64,000 bases of DNA from Macrostomum lignano (Eukaryota): positions 1 to 64,000 of the forward strand of contig NIVC01003670.1 in the NCBI GenBank assembly GCA_002269645.1, read 5' to 3'. The notes beneath the pieces are model-generated. The model was not told where the DNA came from. It saw only the letters and a list, made by a program, of their open reading frames with translations, and searched no databases. The first letter of the stretch is position 1, and each line of letters starts with the position of its first letter. The position numbers and the translations under genes were made by a program. This document shows, one piece after another, positions 18,335 through 45,305 of the stretch.

Positions 18335-18592
18335 TTTTGGCCTAGTTTTTGGATTAAGTATTTGACTATCGAAAATTTCAAATTTCAAATGTCAAAAGGA
18401 GGGCTGCAAAATTGGAGCGTTGTTTGTTGGGTATCAATGTAGCTACATAAATACTGTTGAAATTAGCACAGCTGAGTCAGACAACTCTCAGACTTGATTG
18501 GACGAAAGACGAAAGTGAAGCCTCCGTTTCTGCCACAGCCTGCGCCAACCACAATTCGTGCTCCCCTTGCCATCTCGCGTCATCTCGGCTGC

Positions 18593-18712
18593 TGTCTGTC
18601 TGCCTCTGTCTGTCTTTGTCTGTCTGTCTCTGTCTGCTTCTGTCTGTCTCTGTCTGTCTGTCTCTGTCTGTCTCTGTCTGTCTCTGTCTGTCTCTGTCTG
18701 TCTCTGTCTGTC

Positions 18713-18745
<33 letters not shown>

Positions 18746-19206
18746 GTCTGTCTGTCTCTGCCTGTCTCTGTCTGTCTGTCTGTCTGTCTCTGTCTGATTC
18801 TGTCTGTCTGTCTCTGCCTGTCTCTGTCTGTCTCTGTCTGTCTCTGTCTGTCTCTGTCTGTCTGTCTCTGCCTGTCTCTGTCTGTCTCAGTCTGTCTCAG
18901 TCTGTCTCTATCTGTCTGTCTGTCTCTGTCTGTCTGTCTCTGTCTGTCTCTGTCTGTCTGTCTCTGTCTGTCTCTGTCTGTCTGTCTCTGTCTGTCTGTC
19001 TGTCTCTGTCTGTCGCTGTCTGTCTGTCTCTGTCTGATTCTGTCTGTCTGTCTCTGCCTGTCTCTGTCTGTCTCTGTCTGTCTCTGTCTGTCTCAGTCTG
19101 TCTCAGTCTGTCTCTGTCTGTCTGTCTGTCTCTGTCTGTCTGTCTGTCTGTCTCTGTCTGTCTGTCTCTGTCTGTCTCTGTCTGTCTCTGTCTGTCTCTG
19201 TCTGTT

Positions 19207-19245
<39 letters not shown>

Positions 19246-19248
19246 GCC

Positions 19249-19283
<35 letters not shown>

Positions 19284-19325
19284 GTCTGCCTCTGTCTGTC
19301 TCTGTCTGTCTCTGTCTTTCTGTCC

Positions 19326-19359
<34 letters not shown>

Positions 19360-19740
19360 GTCTGTCTCTGTCTGTCTCTGTCTGTCTCTGTCTGTCTCTG
19401 TCTGTCTCTGTCTGTCTCTGTCTGTCTCTGTTTGTCTCTGTCTGTATGTCTCTGTCTGTCTCTGTCTTTCTGTCTCACTCTGTCTCCCTCACTCTGTCTC
19501 CCTCACTCTGTCTCCCTCACTCTGTCTCCCTCACTCTGTCTCCCTCACTTTGTCTCCCTCACTTTGGCTCTCTCACTTTCTCTTCCTCACTTTGTCTCCC
19601 TCACTCTGTCTCCCTCATTCTGTCTCCCTCACTCTGCGTCCCTCTCACTCCCTCTCCCTCTCACTCCTTCTCCCTCTCACTCCCTCTCCCTCTCACTGTC
19701 CCCATCTCTGCATATCCACTTCCCCATCCCCATCCCATCT
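18593..19740. repeat. (TCTG/TC)n compound microsatellite grading into a CT-rich tract
   Basis: Read directly. Confidence 0.97.
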
Positions 19741-20330
19741 CTTCGTCTGTTTTCAAATCTATATCATCCGAATTTCTCACTATTACCGTTAGCTTAGGTA
19801 CTTCGTACATACCTTGTCGCTAGTCGTTAAGAGAGGTCAGAAAGGCAAAAACATCGGAGCTGTATAAGCAGTTTAACTAGCAAGTTTATTGATTACAATT
19901 CAGATCTTGCCTCACTCCGCTCGTGAGGATCAATCCGTACAGATAAGATTCTCCATGGATACTATACAGAGCTGACCAACCCAGCCAACTTAAGTGGATG
20001 ACTTAAACAGCTTGCTCAGCCGATGCAAAGCTTAATCCAAATGTGAGTCAGCCCTCCAGCTTGAAGTTTTGATTTATCTTTCTATAGGCATGAGTCAACC
20101 CTTATCCAAATTATATTGCTCTCAGGCAGCAAACTTTGCTCAGCAATTGCCCGGGGGATTTATTCTGGTAATTTGGGAGCCAAAAAGAAATCAGGGCCAA
20201 TTATGTGCAGAGATTGAGCTGAATCTGAGCAGGGTTGACTTTGTTTGGTGAGTACAGTGTGCGCTGGTGTCAGTGGGTTTTAAGCTATTTGGAACTCAAT
20301 TCTGATTGAAGCAGATTTACAATATCTACA

Positions 20331-20756
20331 TGTGTGTGTGTGTGGGCTGTGTGTGTGTGTGTGTGTGTGTGTGTCAAGGACATCTAAAGTAGAAAGACAA
20401 CTTCTGAAAGAAAATTTTTGTTGACTAAAAGGGTAACCCTGTTTTTGTCGTCAAAATTACGTTTTACAGTTTATAATAAGATGAGAAGATAAGAGGAGAG
20501 AAGGGGAGAGAGGAGAGAAAAAAGGAGAGGAAAGAGAGCGGAGTGGAAGAGGAAAGGGGAGAGGGAGAGAGAGGAAAAAGGAGAGAAGAGGGAAGAAAGG
20601 AGAGGGGAAAAAGGAGAGAAGAGGGAAGAAAGGAGAGGGGAAAAAGGAGAGGGGAGAGGAGAAAGGGGGAGAAGAGAGGTGAGGGGGGAGAGAGGAGAGG
20701 AGAGAGGGGAGGGGGAGATGAAAGGGGAGCGGGAGAGAAGGGAGAAAGGAGAGGGG

Positions 20757-20791
<35 letters not shown>

Positions 20792-20792
20792 C
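20331..20792. repeat. (TG)n run followed by a GA-rich low-complexity tract
   Basis: (TG)n at 20331..20374 and a purine tract at ~20485..20792. Confidence 0.9.
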
Positions 20793-20794
20793 AT

Positions 20795-20880
20795 GAACAT
20801 TGAGCGGGGTCGGATTGCTATTGTAAATTGTATCACAGGAGGCCGCATGTGGTCCGCGGGCCGCAGTTCGCCGACCCCTG
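20795..20880 (+). mobile_element. Right terminus of a hAT/Charlie-type MITE
   Basis: GGCCGCATGTGGTCCGCGGGCCGCAGTTCGCCGACCCCTG matches the typical CAGGGGT-ended hAT subterminus. A matching left-end motif CAGGGGTGGG..GCAAACTTTTT..GGCCGCAGGCCAGAT starts at 21574, downstream rather than upstream. Confidence 0.5.
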
Positions 20881-21639
20881 GTTTAGATAGACATCTTCTG
20901 GTGCATTAAAATATGTTTTGAAAGCATTTATAATTTAGAGAAACACAAGTTTACTAAAAAATACCGAATAAAAATGGAAACAAAATACAATAGGAAAGTT
21001 TTATATGTATTTATTTACGTGTAGTCAGGCCGTTTAGATGAATAAGTTACTACTTTCACTAGCAAAGATAGGCTCCGGTGTAGAATTCAACTTAAAAAAA
21101 ATTGGATGTTGAAAGCAAAGAAAATTCGAGCCGATCGAGTCGTACTGCCCACAGCCGGTGCAAGAGGTGGACGACAGACGAACACTGTCCCAACACTTAA
21201 CACTTAACACGTGAAAAGTAAGAAGCCAGTTTTGATCTTTGAATACGTTATTTTTATTACATTAAAATTTGTTTGTACTAAGCTTTTTGAAAAAATGTAC
21301 GAAACTCCTGCTTTAAAAGGATTAGGATGTTTTTTTTTAAATTGACGACGTTTAAAAGCAGCAGTGCAACTTGAAACAAAGTATAAGAGGAAGATAACTC
21401 AAGTTTGTTAATTGTATAGATCTGGTTAAAAATAGCATTTAGATTTCATAGAAAAAACTTTAAAGGAAAGTATAGATACAAATAAATAGAAATAAATAGC
21501 TCGTAGATATAATCGACAGTTACTACTTATAGTAGCTCAGCTATGACTTCGAACACATTTCCTTTCTCTACGCCAGGGGTGGGTAAGCAAACTTTTTACC
21601 ATGGCCGCAGGCCAGATGAGAGTGGAAAGCAGAGTGAAT

Positions 21640-21930
21640 AGATGAGTTATGAGAGAGGAGATAGAAGATGAGAGAAAAGGCGTGAGTGGAGAGGGGAGAG
21701 GGGAGAGAGGGGAGAGAGGTGAGGGGAGAGGAGAGAGAGAGAGTATAGATAGGAGAGGAGAGTGGAAAGAGGAGAGTGCAGAGAAGAAAGGGGAGAGAGG
21801 AGAGGAGAAAGAGGAGAGAGAGGAGAGAGAGGAGAGAAGAGGATAGAGAAGAGAGGAGAGTTGAGAGGGGAGAGAAGAGGAAAGAGAAGAGAGACGAGGG
21901 AAGAAGTAAGAGAAGGAAGCAAATGAAAGG
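21640..21930. repeat. GA-rich low-complexity tract
   Basis: Read directly. Confidence 0.9.
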
Positions 21931-21963
21931 AAATGTCAAAAGCAAAGAAAATTCTAAAACGGC

Positions 21964-22719
21964 TCAGTACACGCTGAACTTGACCCAGTCGGCGCTCGTC
22001 TCGATCTCCGCCTCCACCTGAGCGTCGGTGAACAGCAGCAGGCGGCAGGTTTTCAGCTTGCTGTTGTACAGCACGTGTCTGCAGTAACTTCTGGAGTTCA
22101 TAGCAGCCGCCATGCACTCGAGTGAGTTGGCCACCTGCAGCAGGTCAGTGCGGCAGTAATCCGTGCTGGGGTTGGAGCTGGTGCGCTTGAACGGAGTTCG
22201 CTTCCACGAGGCTGAGGCGAGAGGCTGAGGCGGAGCTGCATCTGCTACGAACTCGCAGACGAATCCAGCCAGAACGGAGCAATCAAAGTCAACAAGCTTT
22301 CCATAGTGGGCGCTATACTGAGCAATGCAGTTTTCTTTTCTATTACCGTTTGGATCACCGCCATACCATAGCGAGTCATTGTCAGGCAGCAGGCTTTTGC
22401 CGTTGACCAGCTGCCAGCCCGACTTGCTTGTGTTTCTCTCATCGGCCAGGTCAGCCACTCCCAGCCAGATGTTGCAGTGGCAGTTCAGTCTCAGAATGCT
22501 GCCCAGCAGCTGCAGTGAGCTGTACGAGTTGAGCAGCTCGCCTCCCATTGATGCACACTGACGATTTGCTGAGCACCAGCTGTGGCTCTGAGCTGTGCTC
22601 ACGAACAAGCATCTGCCGGCCTCGAGGCTGAACGGAGCTGGGCACGGCTGAGCCCACACTGTCAGCAGACTGCTGAGCAGACTGGTCAATGTTAAAAATT
22701 TTTGAATTCTGAAATCCAT
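21964..22719 (-). CDS. Secreted C-type lectin domain plus degenerate PAN/apple-like domain protein, 251 aa, intronless
   Basis: Hydrophobic N-terminus ending in VWA-Q. CTLD motifs CP..F....C, W..A...C..MGGEL, WLGV, W..GDPNG..ENC and D.DC....FVCE. C-terminal C..C...Y.....C.L pattern. Confidence 0.85.
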   Translation of the reverse strand: MDFRIQKFLTLTSLLSSLLTVWAQPCPAPFSLEAGRCLFVSTAQSHSWCSANRQCASMGGELLNSYSSLQLLGSILRLNCHCNIWLGVADLADERNTSKSGWQLVNGKSLLPDNDSLWYGGDPNGNRKENCIAQYSAHYGKLVDFDCSVLAGFVCEFVADAAPPQPLASASWKRTPFKRTSSNPSTDYCRTDLLQVANSLECMAAAMNSRSYCRHVLYNSKLKTCRLLLFTDAQVEAEIETSADWVKFSVY

Positions 22720-23745
22720 TAGCGATTCAACCGGTTGATTTTACATTTGGTTTTCGAATCGTTTTCTATAACAAAGATTTTTCACAGCTTCATAGTCTGT
22801 GTAAATAGCTTTCTCAGCAGGCAATATAGCTGGTTTTTGGCTGTTTATTCTGTGATCAGAACCGTGTTAATACGTTAATACGGAATTAAGTCAACACGAG
22901 TTCTGTCGTATTTGGCTTAACACCTGCTTAATGCATTCTCAAATATTCTCCAAAGCTTCTCCAAGCAGCTGATTGCGATGCCAGAGAGCTGTCCTACCAT
23001 GGAGTCCTATAAAGTGTGCACCTGGAGCGGAAGGTAATAATTTTAATTTTGCCCGCAATGCATTTTTTCTGCAGCGCATTGCCTCCCCAATGCTTAGTAA
23101 TTAAATCTTAATTAAAGAGATTTACACGATCAACACGGTTTGATAGTAACTTAATTTCAACCAAACAAAATGGTGACTAGTTTTGGCCCAAAGATAGAGG
23201 ACGGGTGGATCGATAAGAAAAATAAGTAAGCAGTCAAGTGATGACATTTGTACATAGGGTAAATGTACATCGGTAAGCGACTGAGGAATAATGGCCCAAC
23301 CAAGCAATTGCCATTGTTTCTGGGTGAAATGTAAATGTTCAGTTAAAGTGGCCAGAAAAATCGAGCGCAATACAACACAGTCTACCATTGTAAATTATGA
23401 ATTTTCATCGATCGAAAGTAACGTAAATTTGTCTTAATTACACAGCTTCGCTTCCTTTTCAGACTCTTTATTGAGAAATCCATGTACATGAAGATGTAGC
23501 TTAACATCCCGTAAATGGATAATTCCAAATTGTCCAGGACAAATAAAAACCTGTTGACAATTATGGATAACTGACAGACGTATTTGGTCAACAAAATCCA
23601 TTTATGCCATGCTTTTACGTCTCGTTTGCATTATATGTTGGTAAATAGTACCATCCCTGACAATTAGAAAGTTAAATGGCCGCTGTACGATCGAAGGTGG
23701 TCAGGAGTCAGTGGAATGGGAAAATTTTCCCCAGTGCTGCTTTCC

Positions 23746-24772
23746 TCAGCTGCAAGGCCTGCACAAACACAGCCGAATTGAAGGCAGCCCCACTTCAGCC
23801 GACTGAGCTGCCGCAGGGGCCGTGGCTAGAGCTGGGCCTAGACTTCCTGGGACCGATCAGAGGCCACATGCTGCTGGTGTGCACCGACTATTTTTCACGT
23901 TTCTCACTGGTACAGACGATGTCGGGGTCGACAGCGGCAGCTCCGGTCATCCGAACCCTCCGCCAGTGGTTCAGCACGTTCGGCCAGCCAGTCAAGATCA
24001 CCACCGACAACGGCCCGCCATTCTCGTCCGCAGAATTCAACGCCTTCCTGCGCAGCCAGGGCGTCCACCACCATCGGACTACGCCGCTGCATCCCCAAGC
24101 CAACGGACTCGTAGAGCGATGCAACCGAGGCCTCAATAAGGCAATCAGAGCGGCGATCCTGGAAGGCAGTGACTGGCAGGCGGCACTGGACGACTACCTG
24201 GCTGCATACCGGCGAACACCGCACGCAGCAACCGGCATGGCCCCAGCCGACCTGCTATTCAGCCGACAGCTCAATGACACGATCCCCAGCTTGCGCCACT
24301 CCCGGCCGGTTGACGCCAGGCGACAGACCGTCCGCGGCCACGACTCCAGGGAAAGGAGCGGATGAAGGCCTTCGCCGACAGCAAGAGGGGCGCCACCGAC
24401 CACCAGATCACCGTAGGCGACCTCGTACTCCGCCGGCTCACCAACCGTAGCAAGACCGACCCCTTCTTCGAGGCCTCGCCATGGACCGTGACAGAAGTCC
24501 GCGGCAACACCCTGCAGCTCCAACGGGCCGGCCAGAGGTGCTCCAGGCACACCACCCACGTCAAGCGAGTCTCCCAGGCAGCCGACAAGTGGCCGGGTGA
24601 CCCCGGAGAACGCGACAGCGGACAGGACAGCCGGCCGGATGAACCAACCCAACCGCCCGAGCCAACCGGCGACCAGGACGTCCCGCTCGCCAACAGGCCG
24701 CACCCCCGACAGGCCAAGGAGACGCCGAAACGCTACGAAGAGGGCGACCGGCGAAAGGCTCTGGACATCTGA
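23746..24772 (+). pseudogene. 5'-truncated Ty3/Gypsy pol: integrase core and GPY/F-like C-terminus, with a frameshift near 24360
   Basis: CKAC..PW..LGLDF.GP, DYFSRF, TDNGPPF.S.EF..F and P.HPQANG.VER motifs. The C-terminal part continues in another frame (MKAFAD..VGDLVL). Confidence 0.88.
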
Positions 24773-24901
24773 CAGCTGGCGGAACAGCAGCAAGGACTGA
24801 TCATTGACTCTAATGACTGACACTGGTTGCTCGATCGCGCGTGACATGAACCCAATGTTGTACCCAACCCCACCCCGGGTTACAATCCACCAGACGAGGG
24901 A

Positions 24902-25160
24902 TGTAGCATGCGCAGGCAGGCAGTTCGGGCACCTAGTTTGCACTCCGTGACCGCCATCCAGCCTATCCACTTCCCTCTGCTCGAGCATTTCCCAACGCGC
25001 ATTCAATGAACAATAAATAAACAATAAACAATAAACAATAAAACAATAAATCTTGTGTTCTGCCAGACAATAAATATACAGGCACAGGCACATTCTATTT
25101 CTCCACCTTTCTGAGTGGCTAACTAACACTCGCAACAACCAGCTAGAGTTGCTCGCTACA
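24902..25160 (+). mobile_element. 3' LTR (259 bp) of the Gypsy element
   Basis: Polypurine tract GACGAGGGGA directly precedes TGTAGC. The LTR ends in its inverse GCTACA and contains several AATAAA signals. Confidence 0.8.
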
Positions 25161-25837
25161 AGGTATAAAAATAAACAAACAAATATATTGTTATTAATAT
25201 TTTTAGTATATATTTAGTATATTTAGATTTGTATAATAACGAATTAACATCATATTTTCATTAATATACTATTGTAGTATATTATATAATATATATTTTT
25301 CTGTATATTAATATGGTATAGATTCATAAAAATTTTAAGGAGAAAGCAAAAATTGAGGCGATTTTTATCCTCTAAAAAGTAAAAAATCTCAATAACTAAT
25401 AAAAACGATAGTAGCTAACATGCTGTCGATGGGGAAAAAGAAAAAAAATTATTTTCAGCTACAAGATAAATATTTGATAACTATTGGGATAATATTTATA
25501 GTAATTAGATCTTGACACAGTCAGCAAACGCGAAAAAAAACAGTATTGATTTGAATTAGCTTGCGATAAAAATTAATATTAATAATTTGTTGCCTTGGTT
25601 TCGGACACAGAAGTGTATCAATATAAAAAAGTGTATTGATTTTTCCATGTTTAAATAAGAAAAGTGCTTGCTTATGGTCTAAGTAGGATAATTTGGTAAT
25701 GAAAATCGATGTTAATAATGTTAAATATCACGATTCACAAATAAGTCAACGCTCATTGGTTCTGGCAGTCAACCACCTCACTCCGCTGTATGACGTCATC
25801 GCCCTAGACGCTCTTTGATTGGTCGGTGCGCATTTAT

Positions 25838-40758
<14,921 letters not shown>

Positions 40759-41614
40759 CGTTGATCGTTATTATTATTATTCAACAATAATAATTAATGC
40801 CAAATAAAGTTACAAATAGAAGAATATTAAGTTTGAAAAGCTCTGAGTCTGGGTATATACAGTATATACCTGGTTAGAATTTTAATAGCTTTAGGTCTGT
40901 ATAATACAATGCTACCCCATTGATTGGCCAGGTGTGAGAGAAGCAGGACTTGAGACTGGGGGAGCGAGCGAGGACTGTGAGGGTAGAGGGGTGAAAATTA
41001 CAGTAGAAAGTTGCCATGGAGACGGTATAGCAAGACACAAGTGTATTATAGGCTGGCCTCGGAGGGCCTCTCCCAGGCAAAGATTGACACTAGGAATTTT
41101 TCCTACCGCAGACGCCCCTGCACATGCTTATGAGTACTATACAGCTTTGCCATTCTCTCTCCTCTTATGAGTACTATACAGCTTTGCCATTCTCTCTCCT
41201 CTTCCAGTTCAGCTCCGGAGCGACTGGTCTGTTTTCCTTGAGCTTAGCTGGCGCTCCCTGCCAAGGAGGCCTTCAACAGAGAATTTGGAGTGCTTAATTT
41301 TTAGATTTTTTTCCATTCGTCACAACTGACAGTGTTGGTCTAAAAGTTTTTTGAATTTAATCATTGTACCTATTGTGTCGGCTCTAAACAAGATGCACAG
41401 AAATAAATAGGATTTTGTCGCAGACAATTTTGGGACGAAAGAAAAGCCGGACAAGAAAAAATAAATCATTAGCACGATTGAATGTGACTTTAACGTCGCT
41501 AGATATATGCAGTTTACGCATTTAGTCTATGGAAAACTAACTTGACCGAGTGACGGTACACAACAATTGAGTTATATTGAGTTATTGAGTTAGGCATAGG
41601 CAACTGCGAGTTAT

Positions 41615-41915
41615 AATATGGTCTATGGTCTATGATGGTCGATGGAATATATATCGTCTATGGCTAAGAGTCTATGGCCTACGGTCTATAGTCTATTGTT
41701 CATAGTCTATGACCTACGGTCTTTAGTCAATGGCCTTACGGTCTATTTTCTATGGCCTACAGTCAATAGTCTATGGCCTACGGTCAATAGTCTATGATCT
41801 ACGGTCAATAGATTAGTCAATAGTTTAAAGTCTATGGTCTACGGTCTATAGTCTATGGTTTATAGTTTATGGCCTTACGGTCTATAGTCAATGGCCTTAC
41901 GGTCTATATTCTATG
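41615..41915. repeat. Degenerate ~20-bp minisatellite (GTCTATGGCCTACGGTCAATA-like)
   Basis: Read directly. Confidence 0.85.
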
Positions 41916-42639
41916 AACTGTTCCCTTCCTCATTAAAGATTTAAAGCACCAATTGATGTGTTCGTTTTGACAGTCTTCAATTACCATTTTCCTGAACTCT
42001 AAATCCATAAACTGGATCAAACGCATTCACATAAATTATCCATAGATGAATGAGTGCCCGCTCCAAATTCTCTTTCCAGATCTCCTTGGCGATCTTTATG
42101 CTCGAATGTTTACTTACTATAGTCGCTTTGTTTGAGCATTTGCCAACCAAGCATGCCTTACTTTTAGAACAAACACACTGAGCTCTCAGTACTATATTTT
42201 GCGCTGTGTAAACAAATAGGAAAACCCCCTGGAAAACGTAACCACTACGTTTAAGCTTTAATTTATAACTAAGAAATAATGAATGCCCCGAAAGTAAGCT
42301 ATAGTAGAAAAACAGCCCAGGTACCAAAACTCGACACCTGATAAAGTAAGGAGTGATGACTGATGAGTGTCTGGCAGCTGGATAATTGGAGCATATCATA
42401 TAGAATAACATGCCGCAGCTCGAAGACGCTAAGAAACTAAAAACAACACAAAAGCAGAAACGTGCTCAATTGGTGAATCACCTGAAACTCGCTATAGCCT
42501 GCTAAATTAGATCTGAGTGTCTTGTCTACTTCACTTGACAAGAGAGAGGGGCAGGTAGAAATTGAAGACAGAATTAATATTTTTTAAAGTAGAGAATGAA
42601 TGTGAGAAACTGAGAATAGAGGTGAGAGAATAAAAATAG

Positions 42640-43310
42640 AGGCGAACGAATGTCAATGAGAATAAAGGTAATAAAATGAGATTAGAGGTTAGAGAATGAG
42701 AATAGAGGTAATAAAATGAGATTAGAGGTTAGAGAATGAGAATAGAGGTAATAAAATGAGATTAGAGATGAGAGAATGAGAATAGAGGTGAGAGAATGAG
42801 AATAAAGGTGAGAGAATGAGAATATAGGTGAGAGAATGAGAATAGAGGTGAGAGAATGAGAATAAAGGTGACAGAATGAGAATAGAGGTGAGAGAATGAG
42901 AATAGAGGTGATAGAATGAGAATAGAGGTGAGAATGAGAATAGAGGTGAGAATGAGAATAAAGGTGAGAGAATGAGAATAGAGGTGAGAGAATGAGAATA
43001 AAGGTGATATAATGAGAATATAGGTGACAGAATGAGAATAGAGGTGAGAGAATGAGAATAGAGGTAACAGAATGAGAATAGAGGTAACAGAATGAGAATA
43101 GAGGTGAGAGAATGAGAATAGAGGTGACAAAAAAGAATAGAGGTGACAGAATGAGAATAGAGGTAACAAAATGAGAATAGAGGTGATAGAATGAGAGTAA
43201 AGGTGAACGAATGAGAATAGAGGTGATAGAAGAAGAATAGAGGTGAAAGAAGGAGATAGGAGGTGAGAGAATGCCAATGAGAATATAGGTGAGAGAATGA
43301 GAACAGAGAT
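42640..43310. repeat. 20-bp minisatellite (GAGAATAGAGGTGAGAGAAT)n
   Basis: Read directly. Confidence 0.93.
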
Positions 43311-43749
43311 GACAAAAATGCCACTGAGAATTTGCAGAATTACTGAGTTACAAAATTAACCGTAAAATCAAAGTCCAAGCAAAAGAATCTATGTTTAGGT
43401 GACCAACAAGAATCACAAGTGAAAGCTTTTGCTCAGCAATATATTTGTTTATGCTTTCGCAAAGCAAAAATAAGAGTAACTTGGATTGCGATCAACAATC
43501 AATATGTGCATTAAAAACCAATTATAAGCTGATGGCTTGAATGACACAGAACAGCGATGGGTGCAATGCTATTTTTTTGTCACAAGTACACGAGGGTTAA
43601 ATGTAGGCACAACAGGCTTTCAGACAGAACAGAATAACTTATTTGCGAGTAAAACAGGTTCGCTGTGAGGATATTGACACAGATTTTGTATACATTTATT
43701 TGTCTCGCATAGTCATTTGAGAATGCCATTTGAGAAGCTAAAGTGAGGC

Positions 43750-44725
43750 AGGACCAGCAACTGAGAATCTGGGACGCTAGTGACCCAGTAACTGAGGATC
43801 TGGGAGGCTGGCCCAGCAACTGACACTCTGGGAGGCTGGCCCAGCAACTGAGGATCTGGGAGGCTGGCCCAGCAACTGAGGATCTGGGAGGCTGGCCCAG
43901 CAACTGAGGATCTGGGAGGCTGGCCCAGCAACTGACACTCTGGGAGGCTGGCCCAGCAACTGAGGATCTGGGAGGCTGGCCCAGCAACTGAGGATCTGGG
44001 AGGCTGGCCCAGCAACTGAGGATCTGGGAGGCTGGCCCAGCAACTGAGGATCTGGGAGGCTGGCCCAGCAACTGACACTCTGGGAGGCTGGCCCAGCAAC
44101 TGAGGATCTGGGAGGCTGGCCCAGCAACTGAGGATCTGGGAGGCTGGCCCAGCAACTGAGGATCTGGGAGGCTGGCCCAGCAACTGACACTCTGGGAGGC
44201 TGGCCCAGCAACTGACACTCTGGGAGGCTGGCCCAGCAACTGAGGATCTGGGAGGCTGGCCCAGCAACTGAGGATCTGGGAGGCTGGCCCAGCAACTGAC
44301 ACTCTGGGAGGCTGGCCCAGCAACTGACACTCTGGGAGGCTGGCCCAGCAACTGAGGATCTGGGAGGCTGGCCCAGCAACTGAGGATCTGGGAGGCTGGC
44401 CCAGCAACTGAGGATCTGGGAGGCTGGCCCAGCAACTGACACTCTGGGAGGCTGGCCCAGCAACTGAGGATCTGGGAGGCTGGCCCAGCAACTGACACTC
44501 TGGGAGGCTGGCCCAGCAACTGAGGATCTGGGAGGCTGGCCCAGCAACTGAGGATCTGGGAGGCTGGCCCAGCAACTGAGGATCTGGGAGGCTGGCCCAG
44601 CACCTGAGGATCTGGGAGGCTGGCCCAGCACCTGAGGATCTGGGAGGCTGGCCCAGCAACTGAGGATCTGGGAGGCTGGCCCAGCACCTGAGGATCTGGG
44701 AGGCTGGCCCAGGACCTGAGGATCT
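43750..44725. repeat. 28-bp minisatellite (CTGGGAGGCTGGCCCAGCAACTGAGGAT)n with GACACT variant units
   Basis: Read directly. The ORFs cycle every 28 aa (3 units). Confidence 0.97.
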
Positions 44726-45305
44726 GGCAGTGTAAACTCAAAAAATTCTTTTAATCAATAGACTAATCAATAGATTAGGCAAAAGTTAGTCAGAGCGCAT
44801 TCAGGCAGAAAAACAGCTGTTTCATAGTAAAGCTGCAAAGCTATACAAAGCAAAAATAATACAGTTTCTGTTTTCCAACACGAAGAAAAACAACGCTTAG
44901 AAGAGATTACACAGCAAGCTGAAATAAAGCGAGATGCGAAAAAACGGCAAAACAGAATAGAGGTCTGTTAAAGTTTAAAAAACCATTGGCTCAACTCTTA
45001 ATTAGAGATTGACACATTGTGACAGACAACAAATCTATAAGCATCAACGGCTATTGTTTATTGTATGCTTGTATAAAAAGTTCAGAAAATTTATAATTTA
45101 GTAAATTAATATGCATTGCTCTCGAGATACTACTTATAAGCGTTCACGTCGAATAGTAGGAAGGAAGGACATTTAAAAAAGCAAATTTATCAATATTCAT
45201 TTTTATAGATTTCGGATCCAAATTTCGAATTCGTTGTTGCACTGCAGACTACTATGAGTAGGGTAGAGTACATGCAATGAGATAGATAGCAAAGGAAGTT
45301 AGAAA

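Noticed and set aside
17244-19823. Long repetitive ORFs (LRLQGV, KSQHSL, SVCL, DRQ)
   Set aside because: Translations of mini- and microsatellites.
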